DNA of 64,000 nucleotides from Octopus sinensis (GCF_006345805.1 NC_042999.1:107632001-107696000); one strand, 5' to 3'. Counted from the stretch's first letter, positions 25,305 to 37,844 are shown. The notes: generated by a model not told the origin, from the letters alone. Numbers and translations: made by a program.

Positions 25305-25367
<63 letters not shown>

Positions 25368-25370
25368 GTG
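25295..25370. repeat. (AAT)n microsatellite
   Basis: Direct inspection. Confidence 0.95.
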
Positions 25371-25928
25371 ATAATAATGAGGAAAATGATGGTGACAATG
25401 GTCATGGTTGTGGTGATGGTGGTGGTATTAGTAATAATAAGTGACTTGATTGTTTCTCTAGCAAAAATATCTTTGATACTATCATGTGGTTTCTATTTAC
25501 ATGCTGACAATCCAGGAGTATAAATACAAGACTGAAAAAAGAAAAAAACAAAGAAAACAAATTATTCAGCAAAAAATAAATGAATATCAAGTAAGACTGT
25601 GTCAAATATTACCCTATTAAGCTGATTTGTAATTGAAAGATACAATATATAATGAAAACAAAATAGAAATAAATAAAAAGGGAATTATTATTTCTATTGA
25701 ACAACAAATAATATTTAACACTGAAATAGCTCTTCAGAATTAGAACTATGATTTAATATTTGATATATTATCTTAATATAGAAATATTGAGCATTAACAC
25801 ATGTGAGTTTGTGGACCTCTTTGTATGTGTCTATGTATCAGTATGTATGTATGTATGTATGATGTATGTATGTATGTGTGTATGTATGTATGTATGTATG
25901 TATGTATGTATGTATGTATGTATGTATG

Positions 25929-26142
25929 CAAGAGACCATGGCACTACAACCAGCCAGGAACAGTCTTCGCTACATTTGCAGTACCTGCCAGAGGGAGTGT
26001 TTGTCCAGGATAGGACTACACAGCCACAGCAAGCAATGTAACAGGAAATAAAATATAACAGCCGGACTAGACCTAGAAAAAAAAAAAAAAAAAAAAAAAT
26101 CCGCAACTCCATTGTCTCCCGAGACAGAAAGGATGCCAATAC
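25929..26142 (+). mobile_element. RTE-clade LINE extreme 3' end embedded in (TATG)n
   Basis: YICSTCQRECLSRIGLHSHSKQC C-terminal motif and an end GAGACAGAAAGGATGCCA typical of RTE; (TATG)n-like tracts on both sides. Confidence 0.7.
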
Positions 26143-26709
26143 AATGTATGCATGTATGTATGCATGTATGTGTGTACGTATGTATTTATGTATATATGCA
26201 TGTATGTGTGCATGCATGTATGTATGCATGTAAGTATGCATGTATGTATGTATGTGTATATATAAACATATATGTTCCTGTATATATGTGTATGAAAAAT
26301 GTGTCTGTATAAATAAAATATTCTAATTTTATGTGTACACATAGATGTGTGCATGTATGTTATATATATATATATATATATATAAAACATGTGTATACAC
26401 ACACAAACACACACACACGCTCACACAGTCACACATACACGCACACACACACAATGTTGTGAAATAATTCTTTTTTGGAACAGTGGGTTTTGAAACACAT
26501 AAAAATATAAATAATATTGCATGAAAATTTTGGATAGAAAAAAGTAGGTTACCCCTTGGACATGAACCCACATATCCTGTAGGCATGACAAGCATTCTGT
26601 CATTCAAATATAATTTTCTATTTTTTCTGTCCCAAAAGGATTTTCAGCCCAATAGCCATATGCTATTATCTATCACTGTATATGCTTCCAGATCTATTTC
26701 TCCCAAAAT

Positions 26710-26723
26710 GTTATGTATGTATG

Positions 26724-26778
<55 letters not shown>

Positions 26779-26993
26779 TGTGTGTGTGTGTGTGTGTGTC
26801 TGTGTGTATGTGTGTGTGTGTGCGTGTGAGTTTGTGTGTATGTGTGTGTGTGTGTGTGTGTGCGTATGTGTTTGTGTGTGTGTGTGTTTGTCAAAATGTA
26901 AAAGACATTCTCACTTCCCGAGCGTTAAACTAATACATCTGTTTGTTGTTTACATACCCATCTTTGTCTTTTGTTCTTTTTGTAAGTTCTCAC

Positions 26994-27050
<57 letters not shown>

Positions 27051-27082
27051 TATATGTATACATATATATGCATATATATATA
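26710..27082. repeat. (TA)n/(TG)n microsatellites
   Basis: Direct inspection. Confidence 0.9.
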
Positions 27083-27226
27083 AATTTTGATTAAGGGTAT
27101 TTAAGAGATACCACCATGCTAGATAGAGCAGCTAAAACTTGACTCTAACACTACATTAAATGTTCTTACAGCACCAGGAGAGAAGACAAACAGACAAAAT
27201 AAACTAGCAAAAGAATTATTGGATAA

Positions 27227-27283
27227 TTCCAGATCCTGGATTTCTGGCCCTGCATAAGAAAGGCTTTGCCTTCATCAGTGGAA
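27227..27283 (-). ncRNA. type I hammerhead-like motif, intact CUGAUGA core
   Basis: Stem I TTCCA/TGGAA, CTGATGA, A-GGC...GCC-A, GAAA, stem III TCC-A-GGA, AUC triplet. Confidence 0.55.
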
Positions 27284-27533
27284 TATACACAAAAAGTACA
27301 TAAATACATATATATATATATATACAACATATGAATACTTATATATATGCAAGTATACACACATATATATGCACATATGCACACGATCAGTTTAAATTGC
27401 CCGTCTAAACTCCACGTGTTATATGGTCAAAATACCACCGCAGTGAATATAATGATGAAGTAAATATATAAATTTATATAAATAAGGATAAGATCGTTAT
27501 TTAAAATACTGATATATGTAAGTATCCGTATGT

Positions 27534-27592
<59 letters not shown>

Positions 27593-27615
27593 ATTTATGT
27601 ACTATTTTGCATATA

Positions 27616-27672
27616 TTCCACTGATAAAGGCAAAGCATCTCCTATGCAGAGCTAGAAATCTGGGATCTGGAA
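27616..27672 (+). ncRNA. hammerhead-like motif, G8A core mutation
   Basis: Stem I TTCCA/TGGAA, CTGATAA, A-GGC...GCT-A, GAAA, TCT-G-GGA, AUC triplet. Confidence 0.4.
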
Positions 27673-27906
27673 TTATCCAATAATTTTTTTGCTAGTTTAT
27701 TTTGTCTCTTTGTTTTCTCTCCAGGTGCTGTATGAAGATTTAACGTGGTGTAGAGTCAAGTTTTGGCTGCTATATCTAGCATGGTGGCATCTCTTAGATA
27801 ACCTTAATTATGATTTTAATAATAATTATTACCTATGAGGTTTTTATTCCCATGCTACCCATCTGATATGATCGGTATTTTAAATAACGATCTTATCCTT
27901 ATTTAT

Positions 27907-27958
<52 letters not shown>

Positions 27959-28000
27959 TAACAGAAAGGGAGGAATTTCAATTATCCTCATTTGGTGAAA

Positions 28001-28032
<32 letters not shown>

Positions 28033-28419
28033 AGAAATTAAAGAAGGACAATGTACACACTTTACATAGTTTTAATATAGTTTTTAATATATTTTTTATT
28101 GAGTTTGTTCACCGGTTCCACTTTCACTAATCATGACATGAAAATTATTTTAATTACATATTTTCTTAAAAAAAATTTTTTGCCCATGTTGTGTGTGGAG
28201 TCTATGAATGAATGATTCAACAAGTAGAAAAATCTAAGGGAAGGTAATTGGTAATCGCTATTATTGTGGACAGGGGAGATAATTGTCATCTTTCAGTGCA
28301 GTGGGGTGGGGAATAAATATGCACAAAAATTCAAAATCTAGTGTAGTGGGGAGAAATATGTACAATGATGGGTATGTAATAGTGAATTAAAGTATGTATA
28401 GAGATCAAAGTTGGTTACA

Positions 28420-29268
28420 TATGCATATTTAGACATGTTCTGTATTTTTTTATTAATAGACTTCCTTTATTTAAAAGTTCTTGTATAGAAATTGTAGCTA
28501 TGCACTGATAGAAGGGGAAAACTGTGAAATTTGGTTTGATGTTACCTGCACATCTCTAGGTATTCACTAAAAGAAATCTTTCTGTATTGTGGGAATTGGA
28601 TCTGCTGTTTATGTAGAGTAGTTGACTTTCTCAATGTCATACTCATCTGTCCTATATAGTTATGCCCACACTCCAAGAAGGTTATTACATAAATTAGATT
28701 CTCAGATGCACAAGTGAAGTTGGTTTTAATTATGAATATCTCTCCTTGTTTGAAAAGGAAATCCAGGCCTTCAAGTAGGTTGGGGCATGTTCCACAGTTT
28801 GGACGTCCATATTTTTTAACCATTGGTTTCATGGTTGTTGTGTAAAGCTTCGCATTTGTTAGAAGTCTCTTTAATGATTTGTCTTGCTTTTTGCATTTGA
28901 CAAATTTGTGTTTTCAGGATGTTGTTCACTTTTGGGTCTCTAGTTAGTAAAGGAAGATTTTGCACAACAGTGTTGTATGCCTCATTATTTCTAGGGTTGT
29001 GAGTTGATATATACAGTAGTGTTTTGAGATGAGGTGTGGTGTTATGTTTAGTTGTCCTTAGTGTTGCTATGCCTAATTTCTTGGCATGATAAATTCCATC
29101 ATCTATAAGCAAGGGTGGATATTGTCTTTCAGTTTTGAGGTCTTAAAGACAAAGGTCCTGAGTAGTTCTATCAGATATGTGCAAATCCTTTTTGCCAAAT
29201 TAAAGGAGATATTTATTTTGATGTGTTTTGGATGGCATGAGCTCAAAAGGAGATATTGCTTCAAATCC
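28420..29268 (-). mobile_element. Penelope-like element 3' part (thumb, linker, GIY-YIG endonuclease)
   Basis: DLKQYLLLSSCHPKH, NISFNLAKRIC, QYPPLLIDDGI, CGRPNCGTC-like motif, NLIYVIT..CGHNYIGQ, terminal IKKYRTCLN. Confidence 0.9.
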
Positions 29269-29640
29269 ATTCCAACCAAAAATAATTAATGAAAAGGCAT
29301 TATTGGTTTCCTTCGATGTTATCAATCTTTACACCAGAATCCCACATGACTATGAAATAAAAGCAATCAAATTCTGGTTGGAAAAGTATCCTGAATGCAT
29401 AAATCAGGTATTTGTCATTGAATCTTTAAAATTTATACTTCAGAACAATTATTTCCTATTTGATGACACCTACTATCATCAAAAATGCAGAATTGCAATG
29501 GAAACAAAAGTAGCCCATGTTCTAGCGAACCTAATAATGGGTTTATTTTGAATTCACTATATATGAAGTGTCACTGCAAAAATATGGTTATCCATTTCAC
29601 CTTTATATAAGAGAAAATTGGTAAAGATACTTGGATGACT
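29269..29640 (+). mobile_element. Penelope-like element RT core (inverted relative to the 3' part)
   Basis: LLVSFDVINLYTRIPH, FILQNNYFLFDD..YHQ..IAMETKVA..LANL, W*RYLDD. Confidence 0.9.
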
Positions 29641-29863
29641 ACAGAGTGGGCTGAGTGCTTTTTACACAGCACCAGCACAGGTGGGGTCAGTTTTGGCATG
29701 GCTTTTACAACTAGATGCCCTTACAAATGCCAACCACTTTACAGTGTGGACTGGATGTTTTTTAAGTGGCACCAGCACTGGCAGGGTCACCAAGTAACTT
29801 TGCAAGTAACTTTGCAAGACAAGGAATCTTTGAGTGGAAAGGAATCATTGAGGGAGGCAATTT

Positions 29864-29972
29864 TGTATCAGATGATGAAAGGTTAGCGTGTGAGAGAGAG
29901 AGACAGAAAGAGATGTCCAAGACATCCATTTCTGTCTTTTTCTTACACTCTAACCTTTCATCATCTGACACA
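29864..29972. repeat. 109-nt imperfect hairpin
   Basis: TGTATCAGATGATGAAAGGTTAG...GATGTC / CAA loop / GACATC...CTAACCTTTCATCATCTGACACA. Confidence 0.85.
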
Positions 29973-30749
29973 GGGTCACCTCCTCCAAGTGAAGGATTCC
30001 TAGTTCTCATTAGAACTGCCTTCTAGGAGAAGGTAACCATATATAAAAACCTGTGATTATTAAAAGCAAGAACAACTGTACATATGGTGTGTTTAGTCAG
30101 CAACTATGTACACCTTTATCTGACTACAAACACATTGCTTATAAGCCCACTAATATAAGTTTAAAGTAAGCTGTATAGATCAAATTGCACATTCAGGACT
30201 TTGTGGCTATACACTTGAACATTAAGTTATTGGCTTGCTAATAAATATTGGAGGGTAAAAGGTATGTTATAGCAACAAAACACAATACTGCTAACACACC
30301 TGTAATTTAATGTTCAACCTCACTGTCAAGCAAGTAGTAGTTAAATATAGTTTCTAATATAGGCATAAGGCCTGACATTTGTGGGAGGGGGTTAGTTGAT
30401 TACATTAATTTCACTGCTGAAATGGTGCTTATTTTATCAACTCTGAAGGATGAAATGCAAAGTCAACCTTAGTGAAATTTGAACTCAGAATGTAAAAAGT
30501 CAGAAGGGAAAGTACTAAATATGCAAATAGGTCTTTTTAGGTTACTTTAACCTCTAATTAGTGGGTTCTACTGAAATTAATGCAAAATTGGACATAACTT
30601 CCTTTTATTTACTCATACAAGTCATTCAAACAGCACTTTTTAGTTTAGCAACTCTTCTTTCATATAAAGGTACAATTTAATTTAATCTCCTTCAAATGAT
30701 GCATTTGTGCCATTGTTGAACTTTACTCTTGGATCCACTTTCATTAGAC

Positions 30750-31260
30750 AGAATAGGTAGTAGTTTGAAGGTACCAAGATCTGAGTGGAATGGTAAATGA
30801 GAGACTACTGACCAGCTCAGTTGGCCGATTGTGTAATTTGTTACCAAAGATGATGTGGCTGCAGCACATTGTCATGATGAATCCTTTATGCAGTTTTATT
30901 TAGTCACATCCTCCTCATGACTTTTCTGAGTATTTTGAGTGTCTCACTGTATCACTCACAGTTCATGATACAGCTGCATTCTATCAAAGAGAATACATGC
31001 TTGTTATTATCCAAAATTGTCACCATGACTTTTTACGTCAATCACTGGCTCTTGAACTTCTTAGGCTTAGAGAAGAAATTTGATGCCATTCCATAGACTT
31101 AGCTTTCATTTCCAGATTGTAAAGATATACCCAAGATTCATCCCCTGTTGCCAGAGATAAAACAGAGACATGTCTTTGCTGGTTTCAAAAGCTTTCTACA
31201 GATCAGCAGATTTCTATATTTCTCTCCTTGAAATTTGGTATCAGTTACCAAGGTACACAC
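30750..31260 (-). mobile_element. mariner transposase remnant
   Basis: Minus frames give EMKAKSMEWH and HHDN..QPH motifs; strongly decayed. Confidence 0.6.
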
Positions 31261-31340
31261 TTTCTAGTACTTAGTGTCTTCTGCCATCTTCTGAAATGCA
31301 TTGCAACTTCAGTTCAGTTGTGCTTACAGATTATGGTGTG

Positions 31341-31413
31341 GGTGGTTTAGCTTAATGGTTCAGAGCACTGCGACGCGTAATCACGGAAGTGTGAGTTTGA
31401 GTCTCATAGCCGG
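31341..31413 (+). pseudogene. tRNA-Thr(CGT)-like pseudogene or SINE head
   Basis: Cloverleaf by eye: acceptor GGTGGTT/AGCCGGC (6 of 7 pairs), D arm GCTT../GAGC, anticodon loop CGCGTAA, T arm GTGAG-TTTGAGT-CTCAT; T6 run at 31424. Confidence 0.55.
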
Positions 31414-33444
31414 CCACCAACACTTTTTTCTGCAAAATAGGGGTAGCTTATCCTGTTCAGGCTATATTGTTAGCATTATCCTGCGTTTAAGAATTTAAAA
31501 TCACTTCTTTAACTTTCTAAGACATCTCAATGCCTCTAAAGCAAACTTCGTTTGTTTGTTTACATTCATTGTAATTTGAGATTGTGATTAGTTTATCCAT
31601 ATCAATCAATTAGCCATTCACTGATGATTTTGTATTAATGGTCTTAGTCGATGGTCTCCCACCACATGGTTTATTTCAATGCTTATTTTTTTCTGTGCAT
31701 ATTATTCTTGTCAATGGTATTATCTCCTTAAGCAATTTGCAACTTCTGTAGATGTCAGACAGTCTGCACACCTCCTTTGTTTGGAACCCAAACAGATGCA
31801 ATGAAGAGAACCATGAAGAAGACTTACAATAGAGAAAGAGTTATTCTACCAACAACACCAGTATGAATGACATGTCAGTCTCAATAAAAAGCTATGCCCT
31901 TCTGTAGCTTTACTTTTGGTACAACCATTGTGTGTGTGTGTGTGTGTGTGTTGTGTGTGTGTGTGTGTGTGTGTGCGTGCACATGTGCACTTGTGTGTGC
32001 ACGTAGACAACACAAACACATTATGCACATATATATCTTTGAGTGTCTGTAAATGTGTAAATGTACCACATGTGGACACATTTAGAAACGTAAGGTCTGT
32101 GTTGCTGGTGCTATCTGATCTGTTTTTATAGGTTTTCAGTTCGTATTAGCTGACAGACATTTACAGGATTAATTTACTTATAGTCTTTGATTCTAAAATT
32201 TTGTGATCATATGAATGTTTGCTCTAATATGTGTATGTGTACATGCAAGTGTATGTATACATCTCTTTGTGCTACTTTGTTCTATATAAACACATATATA
32301 TATATATACATATGTGTGTGAGCATATGATCATCTATATACATGGATGGATGTATGTATGTATTATGTATGTATGTATGTATGTATGTATACAATTTTAT
32401 AAATGTTCAGCATATAAGTAATGGCTACCAGTGTGATAAGAAATGGGGGAGAAAATAAGATGAATGAATGAGAGAAAAGTCCTTTTCAATTCATCTTATA
32501 TTTATTGTTAAATTATATTAGAAATGATGGTTCAATCAGGAACAACAGAAAATCGAAAAGAAGTTCTTTTTGCACACTTACGTGGTTGATATCCTGTTCT
32601 GTGGTTATGTGATCAGGAGAGAGAGATATAGAGAAGAGAGTATGAGTGGATTACAAGTATAATCTACCATAATGTATCCCTTAAGCACGTAGCAGATTAG
32701 GTCATTCGTATCGCAAACCTTCATGATGACAAGTCATATTGCAGCTGAGTTGATGTAACTTTAGGCTGCATTCTGAGCGAGCAACCCATCTGATTTGCTC
32801 TTAAACCATGTCTGTTTTATTGTCAGTGAGTTAGCTTATTTTAAGCTTGACTCATTTGCATTTTCCTTTGAATCATTAGTATTTTTGCTGATATCAGTCA
32901 ATAAATTTGATGTGTACTTGTAAAGCATCATTGATTAGTTTGTTCATGACATTATCACTCAATTTGAAAAACCCAATTACTGGTTATCAAAAGCTTTTGA
33001 ATTGGAAATAATGAGTCCCAGTTTCCTATTGATGCAAAGGTCTACTACATTATTCCCTGAGTCGGTTATCACTGAATGAAATCAGAATACAAGCATTGCA
33101 TGCTGTGCTACTGATCATAATAGGTTCTGCAAAGAAATGGTAAACAAACAAAGAATATGAGAATACAAATATAGTTTTCAATGAGTACACAAAAAGATGC
33201 ACATTGAAGAATGAATGTGATACAAAGCCAGAAACAAGCATCTTTGATATCAGAAGAGAGAATCTGAACTGGTGTATACATGATTTGGTCAGTGTGTATA
33301 TGCATGTAAGACACTAGAAGCCACATTTTTTATGCCTCTCAGTGCATATTCAATTGCATTTGGACAATGTGCAGTACTAGATTGTATACATATGCAAATG
33401 CATCTGAATAGAATGGAGTACATGGATATGTATAAATGTATGTG

Positions 33445-33530
33445 CATATTCAAGTGAGTCTGAATATGTTGTAGTGCATATTTAAGTGAGTTTGAATATG
33501 ACAAAGCATATTTAAATGACTCCGAGTATG
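33445..33530. repeat. three tandem 24-nt palindromic units
   Basis: CATATTCA-AGTGAGTC-TGAATATG and two decayed copies at 33477 and 33507. Confidence 0.8.
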
Positions 33531-33849
33531 GTCAGCTATGTCAATCACTTTTCATTGAATGAAGGTGAAGAGAAACACTGCAATTCTTGATCCATGGTAT
33601 AACAACAATTCTTTCCAATCAGCTTATTTTAAACTTGAGTTAATTGCACTCAAAAATTTCAGTTTATCAATCAATGAATTAGATTTTGACTGTTATTTAA
33701 TGTTATTGGTTACCCTCTTCATGACCTCATCACTCAGTTTGAAATTTCCTATTTCGAAATAACAAGTCCTGAGTTTGAACTGAAGCAGAAACCTACTGTA
33801 AAGTTGTGTAATACACACACACATACACACACACACACACACACGTGCG

Positions 33850-33885
<36 letters not shown>

Positions 33886-33904
33886 TACATATATGCATAG
33901 AGGC

Positions 33905-34462
33905 ATCATATGATGTGTGCAAGAGAGAAGACTGCTGGTTTGGTCATGTGATGGTACATGGATAAAGACAGTTGTGTAAAGAAATGCTAGCTCTTATTGT
34001 GGAGGGTACCTGTGGAAGGGGTAGACCCAGGAAGACGTGAGGTGAGATGGTGAGAAAGGATCTTCAGAGGCTGAGCCTCACTGCGAAAATGACAAGAGAC
34101 TGGGAGGTGTGGCGTTTTGTTGTACTTGACAAGACACATCAAGATAAGTAAAATCGCTGTCAACCACACATACAGGCTTGTCCTTTCAGTTGCCAGTGCC
34201 ACTTAAAAAGCACCCTTGCCGATGCTGCTTTAACACAGCCATGCCAATACTGCGTAAGTGCACACGTGCCAGTGACACGTAAAAAGCACCCAGCATACTC
34301 TGTTAAGTGGTTGGCATTAGGAAGGGCATCTAGCTGTAGAAACCATGCCACAACAGACAGTTGGAGTTTGGACAGCTCCCTGCTAGCCATCTGCTTGTCA
34401 AACCGTCAAACCCATGCTAGCATGGAAAGTGAATGTTAAACAATGATGGTGATGATGATGAT
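33905..34462 (+). mobile_element. RTE LINE 3' coding end + 3'UTR + (GAT)n tail
   Basis: FGHVM..MDKDSCVKKC..VEGTCGRGRPRKT*..V.KDL..L.L...MT.D...WR motif across a frameshift. Confidence 0.85.
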
Positions 34463-34831
34463 AAATATACACGGGAAAGGGTATATATATATATATAAAC
34501 AAGCATAACTGTAGTCAGGAATTTACCTTACAATCATAAGATCTCCACTTCAATCCTACTCTGTGCCATTTAAATTAGGAAAGTGTATTTTACCGTAGTC
34601 TTGGATCTGTGTAAGAAAGCTTAGACAGGAATTGTATGGAATCCTGTCAAAGGAAGCAAATTTATAATTCAGCATTGTGCTTGGCATATTATTGCTTGGC
34701 ATCTTAAGGTCAAACTATAGGCTTTAATGTAGAAGGAAAATTAAACAAGGCAACCAAACCATCCTATGCTACATATCTAAGTTGTGTATGTGATGTATCT
34801 AAGAGACATATAAAATGATATTTTCAACACA

Positions 34832-34893
<62 letters not shown>

Positions 34894-35368
34894 AACATAC
34901 ACACAAACACACACACATACCTACACACATACACACACACAAAAGAAAGAGCTGGTATCTTGTAGCTTTCATTGAAAGCATTACACACTAAAATTTCTCG
35001 AACACTTTGCTAGATAATTTTGAAAATCTAATGAGGATTTCCCAGTTGTCGATACTACAAATTACATCTATAAAAAATATAGACTGATTAAACTATTCTT
35101 AAGATAATTTTGTGCACCAAGCTCCTGCTAATATGCTTGTATTTGACTTCTGCTAAATTTCTTCTTAATATCCTTGTGTTACTTAATAAAATTATCCTGT
35201 ACTGTTTTGGCATAATTTAAGAACTGAAACTGTATGAAAATAGTATTCCTAAACTTGATCAGCATTTTTATGCTGTTGACTTCACTCTACTAAAAGGTAT
35301 TGAGCACTTTAGTTAGAAAAGTTTGCACTTACTTCTATAAAAATAATCTAGATAACAATAATAATATT

Positions 35369-35560
35369 TTCTACTCTAGGTACAAAGCCCAAAGATTTTG
35401 GGGAGGCGGGGCCAGTTGATTAGATCAACCCCAGTACGCAGCTGGTACCTAATTTATTGACCCTGAAAGGATGAAAGGCAAAGGATGAAATGCAAAGACA
35501 AACAAAATACCACTAAGCCATTCGCCTGGCATGCTAAAGTTTCTGCCAGCTTGCCACCTT
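35369..35560 (-). mobile_element. SINE family A (internally deleted)
   Basis: Reverse complement of the head, core and tail. Confidence 0.7.
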
Positions 35561-35592
35561 AGATAATAATAATAATAATAATAATAATAACG

Positions 35593-36005
35593 ACAGGCAC
35601 CCATGCCAACCCCCTTTGCTTGTGAAGACATGTTGGGGCAAGCGAAATCGAAATCGAATTGAACCAGCCAGGATCCCTGGTCTGGTGGTACGTAAAAAGC
35701 ACTATCCAACTCGTGCCCGATGCCAGCACCGCCTCGACTGGCTTCCGTGCCAGTGGCACATAAAATACACCAATCCGACCGTGGCCATTGCCAGCCTCGC
35801 CTGGCACCTGTGCAGGTGGCACGTAAAAAGCACCCACTACACTCACGGAGTGGTTGGCGTTAGGAAGGGCATCCAGCTGTAGAAACATTGCCAGATTAGA
35901 CTGGAGCCTGGTGCAGCCTTCTGGCTTCCCAGATCCCCGGTCGAACTGTCCAACCCATGCTAGCATGGAGAACGGACGTTAAATGATGATGATGATGATG
36001 ATGAT
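35593..36005 (+). mobile_element. RTE LINE 3'UTR, CpG-retaining (young) copy
   Basis: Close to the reverse complement of the 40083-40560 copy; (GAT)n tail. Confidence 0.85.
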
Positions 36006-36384
36006 GATAATGATAATGATAATAAAAATAATAACGATTTCATTTATTTGCCACCAAGGTAAAGGATGAGGGTGACAATACAAAGACAGATACAAAGTTT
36101 GGGGGTTTATGTATTATAAAGGGATAATATAAATAACAAAAAAAAGAGCAAGTATACACAGTATCCAATGAAAAGAAAGGGAAATTTACATAATATACAA
36201 AGGTTAAAAATAAATTTAAAAGGTGTGGGGTGATAGTATTGTAGTCTTCTTTATACATGATGACCTCTAGGAATAATCACGGAACTACTTGAGGCTGAAT
36301 TTGGCATCTGAATTTGGTGCTAGCCTTTCAACGATTTTAACAGGCATGACAAAGCGGGTATTAGTTTAACTCCAGGCAGCAAAA

Positions 36385-36440
36385 ACCACTAATGAGGACT
36401 AAGCGTAATAGCTCAGAGTTTGAAATCATGTGACATGGGT
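36385..36440 (+). ncRNA. decayed hammerhead-like motif
   Basis: ACCA-CTAATGA-GGAC...GTTT-GAAA-TCATGTGA-CA-TGGGT; G5A core change and broken triplet, reconstructable to the palindrome ATCACGTGAT. Confidence 0.3.
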
Positions 36441-36619
36441 ATATCTGCAAATTCATTGGCATCTTTTCCCCTGCAATAGTAGGTTGGCTTTTTACCCGCT
36501 CCTCATTTTCATCAGCTTGTTAAATTTTGAGTGGTATTGTGGCTTATTGAGTATTTTTTGACTCTTATTTCTAGCAAAGCTGGTACTATCTAGTGCCCTT
36601 AATTATAAATTTATACATT

Positions 36620-36663
<44 letters not shown>

Positions 36664-36669
36664 ATAATA

Positions 36670-36928
36670 AAAATAAATGTGCCCTTTTAAAGCCTAGCCA
36701 GGCTCATGGGCCCGGTTTCCCGGTTTCTATGGCGTATGTGTTCCCCAGCTAGTATGTGTTCCCCCGCTAGTCCATCGCAGCGTTACTCATTTTTACCAGC
36801 TGAGTGGACTGAAGCAACATGAAAGGAAGTGTTTTGCTCAAGAACACAACGCATCGCTCGGTCCAGGAATCGGAACCACAATCTTATGATCGTGATGCTG
36901 ACACCCTAACCACTAAGCCACGCATCTT

Positions 36929-36930
<2 letters not shown>
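36670..36930 (-). mobile_element. tRNA-derived SINE, family D (tail variant 2)
   Basis: Minus head GCGTGGCTTAGTGGTTAGGG and core TTGTGTTCTTGAGCAAAACACTT...CAGTCCACTCAGCTGG shared with 40833-41162. Confidence 0.8.
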
Positions 36931-36985
<55 letters not shown>

Positions 36986-37844
36986 ACTGTTCTTTCAGTC
37001 CTTGCCTATTAAATCTATTCACAGGACATTGGTTGGACTGAAACGATAGTAGAGGATGTTTGTGCATGGTTCCACACAGTGAAATTGAACAGAAACACAC
37101 AAGGGTGAGAAGCAACCTTCTTAACTACACAGCAAACAGAGAGAGAGAGAGAGAGAGTTACAGAGTGAGAAGGAGAGATGGACAAAAGAGGGAGAGAGTG
37201 TTGTGTGTGTATTGGAAAGAGAGAGAGGGGGGGAGAAAGTGTGTGTATGCTGGAGAGAGAGAGATTTATATATCATAAAGTATTTTAAGATTTTGTCAAT
37301 AGTAAGAAAATATGCAAGATGAATATACTATGAGAAATTTATCAAGGAAATCTAGTACCTACTTGCTACATAGTTTTAGATTGAAATGCAACTTGGAAGT
37401 TATTGTTCTGCTCAGAAACATAAAAATGTCAACATCATATGGGAGTTTCATGCTCAATTGTTTATCCTCTTATTGTTTCATCTCTTCATAATCTATTGAA
37501 GCTTTCAAAGTGTTGGAGAATAATTTTATAAAGAGATTATTGTTGTTGCTCTTCTTCTTCTTTCTTCTTTTTGTTTCTGTTATTGTTGCTGCTGCTGCTA
37601 CTGTTCTTCTTGCTTAGCATTTTGGTCATGGTCAAAAAATAAAAAAAATATAAAAATATTAGAATGAGAGAATTAGAGGCAGTGACAAGACTTAGCTTCA
37701 CTTGGACAACTATGTTTTGAATCTGAAACAAGGTAAATGTGGGTTTATTAAGTTCTAAACTATAGAAATTATTGTGTTGACAGTTGGAGACTTATTGTTC
37801 TTGTTGCTTTCAAAATTATTGTCATCATTATTCTTGTCATTGCT

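Larger units (their letters stand above)
27090..27808. repeat. inverted pair of ~230-bp hammerhead-bearing units (27090-27320 minus; 27585-27808 plus)
   Basis: Arms align at roughly 85% by eye; each abuts (TA)n. Confidence 0.9.
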
